Shown here: one piece after another, positions 10,793-23,962 of the stretch
Numbering within the stretch: position 1 is the stretch's first letter
Layout: each line of letters opens with the position of its first letter
From: Moniliella sp. 'wahieum'
Lineage: Eukaryota
Length of the DNA: 64,000 nucleotides
Assembly (NCBI GenBank): GCA_003971905.1
Contig: RSEE01000063.1
Location: 124,001 to 188,000 of the forward strand
Direction: 5' to 3'
Notes under the pieces: model-generated
What the model was told of the DNA's origin: nothing
The model's database searches: none
What the model saw: the letters and a program-made list of their open reading frames with translations, nothing else
Program-made: the position numbers and the translations under genes

Positions 10793-13700
10793 CATTTTGA
10801 TCACGTTCCACCATCGTTCCATGCGCTTTCCCACTGCATATTCAAAAGACGCGTAAGGGGTTGGACCAACTGAACAAGCCCTCCTGGAGACGCCCCCACA
10901 AAAATGTGATTTCTTCACCACTGAGTTAGTGTCGACTGACGCGCTAACGGGGTAATCAAGAAAGTTTGTGGGGTCGAGTGGGGCGGAGGCTACGCTCAAT
11001 GTATATACTCTGCTATAAGCCTATTATATGTCATTATATGTCATGCATCATGTATGTTTGACTTCGAAGATAGTATATAGTTACCAAAGCTATATATTGT
11101 GGCTTAGAAACCAATTGCAGTTCTTTTTGGCTGATGTACAAAATCTTTTAGAGGTCTCCGGTCTCACCAGTGTGTGAGAAGATGGTATAGTGAGTATATA
11201 TAGGGTTCCCCCACACGGTCCTCAAATTGATCGGTAACGCTCGCTTATCGGGGGAAGAGTTCCACTGGCTGGCTGCGCCCCTGCTCGCTATCAACTCTGC
11301 ACCTCCCTTCTCTGCCTCCCGTATCCTTTTCCCTTTAGACGGTTTCGAAATCAGGGAGTAAGAAGGCCGGAGCAACATTCGAGACCTCTGTGAGGGTAAC
11401 TGACCAATGATTAATGACCCAAACGAAGCCGAAGAAGCAGAGAGACGATTGAATCAAGTTACATTAAGCTTTAAGCCTCAATCTAATAGCTCGATCATCG
11501 ATATCATTATACTGCCTCAGGCCTCAGGAAGCCTCGGGCCTCAGTATGTATTACGCATCCTTTAGCACTTCGCGCTTTAAGTTAGCGCTTAGCGCTTAGC
11601 CATTATTCATTGGCCCGTCAGTCATTTTTCTGGTTCATACTGTAGGGTTAAGTAACTGAGCACTGCTCCACAGAGGGAACTCGGATCTCCATGATGCATG
11701 ATGTCTGATGTATGATGACCTTACCAAGGGGCTTAACTAGTAACTGGTGCTTAAATTAATTGAAGCCTGAGGCCCACCCTGAGGCCTGAATATTGCTGTT
11801 GCGTACTTCAGAAATCTGTTAATGGATTGGAGATCTGACGCACTGACGCACTGACGTCTAACGATCTGACGCGTCTGAAATCTCTGACGGTTCTGAAGCA
11901 TTGATGATGCGGTGGCACGCTTTTGACGCACGATGTATGAAGGGAACGGCTCTTTTCCTGATGTGTCACTTGTTGCCACATATCACATGCCATATCCCAT
12001 TGCAGTTCGACAAGCGGCTATGCGCATCTTCGGTAATATCAACCCGATATTGTGTAGTTACTAATTGCAAGCTAAAACCTCTGTAAATGATACGACAGCG
12101 ATATAGCGATGTTCTGAGTATCTAAGGCGGAGAGCTGTCGTGCCCAATATGCCGATAAGGCATTGCTGCCCGTCGCCCTTGGCCACATATAGTGTAATGG
12201 TGGCCTCCCTGGTGATGACAACCTCACCTGAAAAGCGTGACGGAGGCCGAGAGGAATCGAACCCTCTGGCTCGTCGGTCAAGGGGACCTGGCGTAGGCAC
12301 GAAGGCACGAAGCGCGAGCTTTTCGTACCAAAGAGTCGCCGTCCCTCTGCTCCCTCTGCCTTGCACAATAGAGGTAGTTCTCCTTGTGCTATCCTAGCGA
12401 AGGCGGTGCTGAGGCCTGACGGAGGACGTAGAACAGTTTGTTGTTAGAGATGATCGATGAGGCCTGAGGACTTGGAAAACAAGCCGATTGGTCGCTTTTG
12501 CCTCCAATGCACTCTTAGGACAGAGGCGGGTCTTTATATAAACAGAGACAAAGGCCCGCGAGCCATGCAACAATATAGGCAAGCGGCCAGGCTGGTCGGT
12601 TGCAATACCACTCAGCTGAAGGTAGCTCCCGTGCACGCGACGGAGCACTGGCAGATCTCAAAAGCCGAGAGTAGTAAGGCACTAGTAAGCACGGCACAGT
12701 GGCACCAACGGAAATCTTTCCAGGGGCTGCTGCGCATCTTGGCCCTGTGACATGTGACGCATACTTGGTGTATGGTGACTAGGACTAGTGACTAGTGCTC
12801 GATGATCGATCTGGTCTCGGACTGGGGCTAGACCTGTTGACCACAGACTGTTTCCGGAGTATGTCCCACGGTTTAGGCCTTAGGCCCCTTAGGCCTTAGG
12901 GCCTCAGGGGTTCTCTCCGTTTTCGAAAAGGATAGACCACATTCAATACCGAAAGTCACTAGTCACGTGTCACGGTTCATTGAGCCTGCAACATGTAACG
13001 CGTATAGCGCATGGACCGGGGGCATATATAAGACCCCAGATCCGGAAGCTTAATAATTCCTAAGGGGCTCTAATGGAAAGGGAAAATGATCCATTTGCAC
13101 GCAACGGAGTGTACATGCCATTACTCATTCGGGTTGTTTAAGGACGGAATGAGAAGAATGGGGGAAACGTAGGATGAGTAACGCCACGGAATAGCAGGAG
13201 GGGCGCGCACGTGATAGAGGCACGTTACAGACACCATCCATAATGATGCGTGACGTTGGGCTTTTTAGGGTATGCCCAGTTGAGCGCTCAGCCTAAAATG
13301 GGTTCGTTTGTCGGGGGTTTGCCACAGCAGTGGCCCCGTCGAGCAGGGGTCCGCGCCGTGATACGCACGAAGGCACAGTTTGGCAACACATTATCAAGAC
13401 CTCGAATGTCCGGCCGAAGGAATCAGGCATAGTGCATAGGATCTTGCCGTCAGGCCTCGGCCTCACTGACGTCTCCGTGCAAGATGTCCTTACATGCCGA
13501 TGAGTATACTGAAAAGGCTGTGGCGTCGAGTACGTTGGGCGCTCTAAAGCGGCCGAGAGCACAGAGCACAGAGTCTTCATGGAGTGATACGAAGATATGT
13601 GGGAGAAGCCAAAGGGCGATCAGGCCCAACAGGCCTCTCAGAATGCACACAGAGAAGCGTATGCCTTTGTCAGTCAGTCCTCAGGTACTCGCTACTCTGT

Positions 13701-15572
13701 GCTCGACGTAAACAGCCGCCGTGGGATGCCGAACAATTAAGAATGATATACAAATGGTGATGCACGCTGTGACATGTGGAACCAGCAATACACAATGTGA
13801 GAAAGTAGTGCCTGCAGAGATTCGTCGGTTACCGGGGCCGGTCACCAGTCACCGGGTCACCAGTCAGTACTCAGTACTCAGTGTATTATATTCAGGTACT
13901 CACAATACTGAAACTCAGTACTCACAGTGTACTCAGTCGCCTGAAGCGCGAGCACTCTCTCAGATCTCACATCTCACATCAAAAAGACGAGTGGTGCAGT
14001 AGGTGACTTGTGAGTGTGACGGGTGGCATATAGACGTCTGTATAGTACTATCTTGTAGGATACGTTTCTATTGGGGTGGACTTGAAGCTGAAGTTAGGAA
14101 ACTTGAAAAGCTGTAGGAAGCAGAAGGTTATAAGCTCTCGAAGCTTGAAGCTGGAAGAAGAAGGTTAAGCTCTCGGTTCAACGTTCAGGGAGAGGCCCCT
14201 GCGTAGAATGTGCTCTAATTGCTGTATACGACGTACCACACATATCATATCCCCTTCCCACTTGACAGTGGCTAATGATTGTGTGACCAGCATACTAGTG
14301 TCTGCTCCTCTCTTGGTCCCATTTCGACATGTCATGGTCTCCATCTGTATACCACACCGTACAGAGACAGACGCAAGCACGTAATGGATGGCTCCACGCA
14401 CTCAAACGGGCCCTGAGGCCCGAGTAGGTACTGAGGCCTGAGGTGGCCTCAAGTGCTAACCGGCATCCTGTGCCTCATATACATCACACATGCGTCGTAG
14501 CGCTGAAGCTTCAAGTTTCAAGCTTCAAGCTTCAAGCCTCAGGGTCTACAAGATGGCGAAGCGCCAGGCACAGATACGGAAATGCTGATGCGCTCAGGCA
14601 TCTCCTTTCCCCAAGGGCACAGACAATCCTAGTGATGGCAGCGGGTTCAAAACGTTCAACGTTTTGTTACTTCACGTGTTGTAGCCGCTGTACGCCAATA
14701 AAAACATGAACATCAGAGAGAGAACCACTTTTGGTACCCCAAAAAGTATCAATGTCCCCATTACCATATATATACACTTTGTTGGGGAATTTTTGTGGGG
14801 AGCCTGCTGGCCACATACACGGGGGAGCGGACAGGAAAAGCGGGGAGTCTCGCTTCCAGCTTTCCCAGCTTCACTGCAAGCAAGCCAAGGCTGTCAAGCT
14901 TCAAGGCACAAAGAAAGATGCAACATTGAGCGTGTGGGACAGATGGTGATACTGGATACTGTAGGTAGGCTGCTGGCACGAGTAATACTGAGCAGCGCAC
15001 TAGCACTGAAACTGAGCACTGATGCCTCGAAGACCTCGGTGACCGGTGACCAGTATCGGGCGATATCGATCGGATGTGACATGTGAGATGGCCGATGATT
15101 AGGACTTGTGATGGCCCTGAGATCCCTGAGATGCAATGTGATATTGGGGCTGGCCGGTTTTTGTTCCGTCAACTTCATCAAACATCATCGATGATGGTCA
15201 TCAATCAATATCATGTGGGTATATGAGGAGTAACTATAGCAAGGCATCTCATTGGTCGGTCGTCGTTCACTCCTTTGCTTAGAAATTACGTGGCACCATC
15301 CCCTCTTTTCCTCGCTCTTGTTATCCGACCACCACCACTCCTTTAACCACAAGCGAACTGGCACAAAAGCTACACGACGGATTGCACCTTTGCCGTCAGC
15401 GAAAGCACCTCACTCGTTTCCACTTCCGCGAATAAAGGCAGCCAGATTAATCGAAGTGATCAATCGGGATTGCGACGAATATTGAGTGAGAAAGCCCCAT
15501 TATTGCTGCTTTTCGGCCGCCATTAACATATTTCTCTCAGGTTCAAGCATTGATGGCCTCTGCTGAAGCACT

Positions 15573-17880
15573 ATGGACGAACCTGTAGTACAGAAGAGTG
15601 TTGAGACCCAGTTCGAAAACACAAGGGGAAGAAGGAAGTCGATATCGGGGTGGAGGCCTTCAATAATGAAGAAGCGGTCGGTCCAACTATGTGGAGAAGA
15701 ATCTCAAAATGGCCAACGAACCCCTACGCTTGCGAATAAGTCTCATTGGCAAGCGAGTCGAGACCATTCTCGATCTCGCAAGTCTATCAGCGACCTGAGG
15801 TTCTCAACCGCATCTAAAACATCAATGAGTGCCAATGCCACCGATCAATCACCCGCCACTTCACTGCACACGGGGGGCTGGATGGATGAGTTACGATCGA
15901 GAATGTCCAGCAGAAAAAGTCGGGAAGTGCCTCGGACCTCGATGGACCCCGCCTGGGGGAAAGAGAGTGCATTGCGACATCCGACAACGCTCCTGATTCC
16001 CCCATAAAGGCAAAGCCCTGGTCTTCTCGACGATGGTGGAAACCGGCAATTATCGTCTCTGGTCCTGATTCGGGACCGACTTCCCCGACCAATCTGAGCA
16101 ATGCGTGGACCCCTGCTGGTGAACAGCGTTCAAAGTCCTCTTTTCATCGGGCTCATTCATTGGATGCAGTGGCATTTTCAGAGAAGGGGTGTAGAGAAGA
16201 AACGGCCGGGAGAGCGCAAGATCATGTCTACCTCCTCCTCGACTCCCTCTTTTCGTCCAGACCGAATATATTCTCTCGCATGTCTATGTCACAACACCGG
16301 AGCGAAACGAGGTCCCTGTCGATGGATGCTGGTACCACATTGGGCGTAGCTCAAGGGCCTAGGCATTCGTTCGGATTCAAACGCAAACTTGCCATTTCGC
16401 TCTCGTGTAAGCATGTCCAATGATGCAGAGTCTACAACAGCACCACCGGTTGTTGAAGCGGAAACGACACTTACTGGCGAATCAAACCGCTCCCAAACCG
16501 CTTGGGCTCCGTCGGCGGACACGAACCTTTCTAAAACGATGGAGGAGGTCTATTCGATCCCTGCCCCGCCCAAAGGGGAAAAGAAAAAGCGCATTGCCCT
16601 TCTCCCCACCCGCTTGCTCCAATTCAAGTCCATCAAAACACGGGCCGGAAGAAGCGCGGCATCAATGGCCCTTTCACGAGTCACCCACCTCGATATTGCC
16701 GCTGTTCTTCCACCGCAGGATCTCGAATCCGAAATATCCACAGTATCAGTGATACGCGCTCTTCTCCAAGGACAGAGCTATTCGCGCTTGTCCTGATGAT
16801 GGGGGTTCGAGTTCCATGCACGATTCAGTGGAAGTTTCCGAGACAGGATTGGCGTCCATTGGGACGACAAGATACCAAGCAAGCCTCCGCGTGGAATTCC
16901 CGCAGAGGTAGAGGGCCGGAAAGAGACTTCATTGGAGCAAGCGACTGTTACCGACATTCTTTTAAAGGAATGGAAACAAAGTTGGGACCAGTCATCAGGA
17001 GAACAGCAAGTTGCTCCTTCCGTTACAGCGAGCGGACCATCAGCGGATACCTGTTTTTCCCCGCCCACCTTGGATGGAGGATCACCAAGAATCCTCCACT
17101 TCTCTACTTCTTGATTTCGATCTGCAAATGTTCCCTACACCTACATCCCGAAGCATCTTTTCTGTACCGGAACGAAACCGTGATCGTCCTACGAATCTCG
17201 CCCCCGTCAGTCGTGCGTCTTACACTGGGCCCCAACACCGCCCCACCCTCGTTTCTCACCCCCCTGTTAGCATTTTACGATCATCCACGTTGGGAAGACG
17301 GGGCGTCCCCAAATGCCCGGGTCCTCCTCCTCTTGCCCCTTTGCCACCCATCCCCGAACCCAAATCCTTTTATTCCTGAAGACCTACTGCCAGACACCGA
17401 ACGGACACTTGACATATATATGCTTGCCTAGAGCAGGTCGATGCCCACCCTCCACGCAATCCACCAACGAGCCGTATGGTGGGTCCAATACGACTCTCGA
17501 TGCCTTCATTTTCCTGCGGAGGAATGTGCCATACTCATAATGCCAAGCCTCGACGACAACACGAGATGATGTGAATAATCCGAATGAGACACACGTTCGC
17601 TTGCAATGGTTAACGATAGCTGTGAGTAGCAGCAGCGATTTTGGCAGGTTCTTATCTTGACTCTGTAGCATCGATGCTGCACACAACTTTGGACAACAGT
17701 GTACATCTACTTCTCAATAGTAATGAGAGTAGGCCGCAGCCATCCAACTTCCTTCTCAATAAGACCGATAACCCGTTGAACTACTGGACTACGCCAACAG
17801 CGCGTAGCTACTGTTGGACGATGGGGAGACCGTTCTTGGCATGCGTACGGCAAAAGCGGACTCAAGCGGTCATCTAGAGA
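15573..17880 (+). CDS. Hypothetical Ser/Arg-rich protein (frameshifted; end uncertain)
   Basis: Chain of same-strand protein-like ORFs starting MDEPVVQKSVETQFEN (15573-16007, 16160-16423, 16389-16796, 16932-17114, 17641-17877). No domain recognised. Confidence 0.45.
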
Positions 17881-18314
17881 GCTGGGCCGGCTGTCGTGTG
17901 CAGGAAAAAAAACAAGTAATCCCAATGCGAATCATTGCCGCCCCGACTGTGAAGAGGAAATGTCCATAAGGAGCCCAGGATGCAAACTCGTATTCATCCT
18001 GGGCCCTTCTACCGCAGTTGCCGGAGCTCCTCCATTTGAGATAGATCCCTACGCCACGTTCGCACCCAGCTCAACATGATTGCATATATAGAACCGCAAG
18101 CACAGAGGTGGCCGGGGCACACAAATGTATTGGAGTGCGGTGCCGATACAACAGAAAGAAGCAGACGGTAACTGATAACAACAGAGGTGAAGGGGGGTCT
18201 CCAATGAAAAGCAAACGAGGAAAGGGGAACGGGGCAGTATAACACGGTAAACGTTATCGCAGCAAAATGTAGATAGAAATGGTGGCCATGGATGCCTTAG
18301 AGGCCAACGAAGAC

Positions 18315-19505
18315 TTAGTAGTGCGGCATGAGCGGTCCCGGGAGTCGAATGTCGTAGTAACAAGGCTCTCGCATGGCCAATGCTATGGCAGTAACGAGAA
18401 GAAACGATTCACCGGGCGCAACTGGTGGTGTCAGCGGATGCATCTATTGGACGTTTGGAGAGTGGGAAAGTGGGAGAGAGGGGGGGTGGGGGGTTTGAGA
18501 GCGTACCCGTGACGCGCATGTTACGCCGAAGTCCTACATCCTTATCCACCAGTCCCACGAGGCGTCCCGAAGGGTGTGCCCGGATGGACCAGCGGCCATG
18601 AATGGTGCGTTGTACATCAAGGCACGCATAGGGCTGATGCTGTGAGAAACGAACGTGAGCACCCGGGTTGAAGATATCGTTGGGTGCGAGGCGAAATATG
18701 AGGCTGTTGCTGAGGGGAGAGCGGGCGGTAAAATCCATGGCCCGGGGCCCTTGGATGAGACATAGTGCAGGCACGCCAGCCTCATCTTTGATTAACGTTG
18801 TGATCGGGAGGGCTTGGAATGACCATCGATGGGTACTTTGTGAAGGGTCGTACTGTATCTCTGGTTTGAACACGAGCTTTCCTTCCTTGTCCTGGGAGAT
18901 GGGTCAGAATGGTGGGCTATGGCAGATAGGAAGGTACGTACCAAGACGACCACCTCGGGCCGAAGACGACCCTGGGTGGTGATTTGCAGCTTGACCACGG
19001 CATGGTGTACGAACCGGTCCTGGTCGTACGCAGGCAACTCCTCCTCGTGACCGGCCTCATCCACAATGGCAGCCAAGTCGGAGAGATAATTGGGGGGATC
19101 GAGAGGCGCAGGGTTAGGTTCAGAGAGGCGGCGTGACGGCGAGGAGGTGGACGGGCGGCCGCCTGCGGGGTACTCTTGCTGGGAGGGGGGAGGGAAGAGG
19201 TCATAGTCGTGGTAGCCGGGAGGATGGTCGGCTGGGAGCGAAGCGGGTAGTGATGCACTGGGACCTGGTGCCGAAGTCGAGAGCCATATGGCCTGCTGGG
19301 ATGTGGAATGCCGGCCAGGTACTCGGGCGGGGATTGGGGGGGGAGGTGTCTCCCCCGCGTCGCTGGCGGGAGGAGAGGCAGTGGGCAGGATGGCGGTGGG
19401 TGCGGCGGGTGCGGCGGGTGCAGCGGAAGAGGAGAAGCGACGCCATATGTTCCAGCTGGCGCGGCGTGGTGGTGGCGGTGACGTTGTTGGGGCAGGACGG
19501 CCCAT
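18315..19505 (-). CDS. Pro-rich N-terminus plus LURP-one-related/Tubby-C2-like domain protein
   Basis: ATG 19505 (MGRPAPTTSPPPP), two GTACG introns (donors ~18941 and ~18506). Spliced C-terminus MRVT-VAPGESFLLVTAIALAMRE resembles the LOR/Tub_2 terminal strand-helix motif. Stop at 18315. Confidence 0.55.
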
Positions 19506-20613
19506 GGCGGAGAAGAAGCGGTGGCGGCAAGGAAAGGACAAGCGAGAGACTAAACGATCGCATCTTGATGATGCCTATCCATGCATCATCCATCATCCAT
19601 CATCCACCATCCTGCCCCCGAGCGTGATTGCATGGTGATAGCGGTGATAACATAGCCACAGCAGGCCACAGCCCATCAGATGATGATACCCAACAGCGGC
19701 TCTCATCGCTGGGGCCAAGCCCCGTACCCGAGCGTACCAGAGTAGTGGAGACGAAAGGGCGGCGACAACAGAAATGCAGACACCACCCCTATTTGCAAAG
19801 AAGGCGGGTAAGCAGTAAAACAGGAATGGCTATATGCCGCCCAAAATCGAGTTGAGAGAAAAAAAAAAGACAGAGAGCGATGAGCTCATCCCCCGGCGAG
19901 AGCTTTACAGCATCATGACACCACTACGCAATCTGTCCACCCGTAGCATATCAAAACTTATTATGTGTGCTTGGGCACTCCCCTGCTCAGAGTCCATCCC
20001 AGTTTGCATTTCGAGCTAACACAAAAGATACAGAGAGGGACTGGCTCAGAGAAAGACGTGATATCAAGCTGTGAGGCGAAGGGATCATGATCGATGAGCG
20101 TCAAGACCGGAAAATAGAAGTGTTGGGCGCAGTGGGAGGCAAAACGCGACTTGTTGAAAGGCATGAAGTGGAGGAAGAGCAAAGGGGAGACAAAAGTGCG
20201 AATGGCATTTGGATTTTGGTCCATGGCATCCATCGCTTTGGACCGAGAGACAGACCCATGAGAGTCGTACGGTGTGCTGGCTTATAACCAGGCCCGGGGG
20301 GGGGAAGGCCGACAATAAAAGCGCCAGTGAAATAGCGATCCTTCTGCTCTTCCAGGCCTGCACTGGTTCTTTGAGGTGAAGAGTTGCAGTGAAGAATTGA
20401 AGAATTGGACAGCGGGCATTGTTGAACGTTGTAATGACGTAGGACGCCCGTCGAACCAGGTCGAAGGGCACGTGGGTGACGTAAGGCAGCCAAGAACGCT
20501 GGGGCAGTGGCAGCGTGGCAGCGCAGCAATGGGCGCATGGGCAGCCAGGCTTCCGTGCCGCTTCCTGCTTCCGCTTCCCGCTTCCTGCTTCCATCTCCTC
20601 TCACCTTGCCGCC

Positions 20614-21807
20614 ATGGGTGACAACGGTACGTTCAGCGTTCACCCCCCTCCCCGCCCCAGCGCCCGCGCAGGGAGATAGGCGCCCCACCGTGCCCAGCCC
20701 TCCGCTCCGCACCACCCACCTCGTGCCCACCCCCCACCCCACCCTCACCTTCGCCCCCCCCCTCTCATTCACCCGTACTGACCGCCAAGCCGCCGCTGCC
20801 TCTGCGCCCGCCTCTGCTGCAGAAGCCTGGAGTCCTGGTGGACCTACCGCCTCCCGCCGCGCCGCAGCTTGAGCCCTCTCCCGCGCCAGGAGGACGCGCT
20901 ACAGCCGCCGTGAGTATGAGGACCGTGACAACCCGTCGTGAATATGACGACCGGCGGGACGAGCGGGACGAGCGTCGTCCCCCCCCGCCGCGGTCCGATG
21001 AGGCGGACAAAGCAGTTTCGCGAACCCAGGCAACAACTTGCATGTGTCTGGCGTGTCCAAGTTGCTTGATGATGGGCAGTTGGAAGAAGCGTTCCTCAAG
21101 TTTGGCAAGGTACTGTTTGGTTTTCCTTCCTGTTGACTGAACACTCCGCACGGCCTTCTGACCATCTGACCTCGTGTTTCTTTCCTGTTTTTAGGTGACC
21201 AAGACGCAGGTGATGTATGATCCGCACACGCGTGAGTCGCGGGTTTTGCTTTGTGACCTTTGAGACGTCCGAAGAGGCGGATGCAGCGATCGAAGGGATG
21301 AATGGGGTGGAACTGTCGGGCCGGACACTTGTGGTACAGAAGGCGCGCCGGGCGCGTGCCCGCAGCCCCACGCCGGGACGGTACCGTGGGCCTCCGAAGT
21401 GTACGTTTTTTGGGTTTTCTCCCGCGGGTGCGCCGTTGCGTAGGTAACCGAGCAACTGACGTGACCACGACTGATGCATGCTTGTTTTTAGCCCGGGACC
21501 GCCCGGAGGAGGAAGCTACGGTGGTCGTGGAGGAGGCTACGACCGATGGGGCCCGCCGCCGCGCGGGTACTACCCGCCTCCGCGGGACTACGATGGTTGG
21601 GGTCCGCCTCCCATGGACCGCTATGGCCCGCCGCCGCGTGGGTACGACCGGTACGGCTATGGCCCGCCGCCGCCGCCGCCGCGGGACTACTTGCCGCCGC
21701 GCGGCGGCTACCGTGATTACAGCCCGCCCCCGCGCCGGTACGATGACTATGCGCGCCCGCCACCGCCGCCCCGCGGATACGACGACATGCCGCCGCCGCG
21801 TCCGTGA
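20614..21807 (+). CDS. Transformer-2-like RRM RNA-binding protein with Pro/Arg/Tyr-rich tail
   Basis: NPGNNLHVSGVS...FGK|VTKTQVMYDPHTRE..RGFCFVTFETSEEADAAIEGMNG..GRTLVVQKARRARARSPTPGRYRG (RNP2, RNP1 and Tra2 linker). Three GT-AG introns; PPPRxY repeats. Confidence 0.85.
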
Positions 21808-22066
21808 GCGAGCTGGTGCGTCCGTTGTAGCCCGAAATGCCGCCGCTGAATCGAATGGAGAGTTGCGCTATACTTAGTTTGGAGGAGGTTTGGGGGAGGA
21901 CGCAATTCGTACCGTTTGCCACATGTCCGTAGAGCCGACCGAAACGCCTCACTCGGGTTCGTTCCCCCGTTGGGCGATTACATAATGCCCACACTCACGC
22001 ATCACACGTCGGCCGCGGGGGAACGGTCCCTTCCTGGTTCCCCCCACCACCGCCTGCACGCGCGCC

Positions 22067-23421
<1,355 letters not shown>

Positions 23422-23962
23422 CGCACCGGGATGCGCGATGACGCGATGACGACCACCGAGGGGCAATGGCTATTGGCGCTGCCGGTGGCCATAGCGGGCT
23501 GTGTGTGGCCAGAACTAGCTAGTAGGATGGAGACGATGCATAAGCGAGGGCGACGCTGGCCAGATGGGATGCAACACGGCGGGCGTGGTGATCGATGCGA
23601 CGGGCGGCGAGAGAAGCGACTGTCTGTCAGGCGGCCAGACAGCTTAAGCTGGGTGTGCGTGCGCGCTGCCCAGGGCGTGACGGGTGACGTAATCGCTGCG
23701 CACGCGCCCTTCGTGGGCCAAGGGCGCGTTAGGTAAGACACGGTGCGCAACGTGGATGTGCTGACACGCTGAGCTTGGTTGGGCGAACGCTGAGCTCAGC
23801 CCGGGCGCCGCCGGCGCAGCCCACGCACCCCGCCAGTGTGTGGCGTCGGCGCTAAATGCTTCGGACAAGTGCGCGCAGCGCAACCGCCATCTGTTCCTCG
23901 CCACCACCACCACCACCAACCACCACCACCGCCAGCCACCCCCTCCCTTCCCCTCGGCCACC

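Noticed and set aside
12235..12300. Minus-strand B-box-like GGTTCGATTCC (12253-12263) suggesting a tRNA or SINE
   Set aside because: T-stem is imperfect and no A-box, D-arm or acceptor stem could be folded.
11460..15210. Six-base palindromes (AAGCTT, AGGCCT, ACTAGT, AACGTT) as polylinker or vector contamination
   Set aside because: They are scattered through all intergenic regions, degenerate and phased at 7 bp around TNA; no vector backbone is present.
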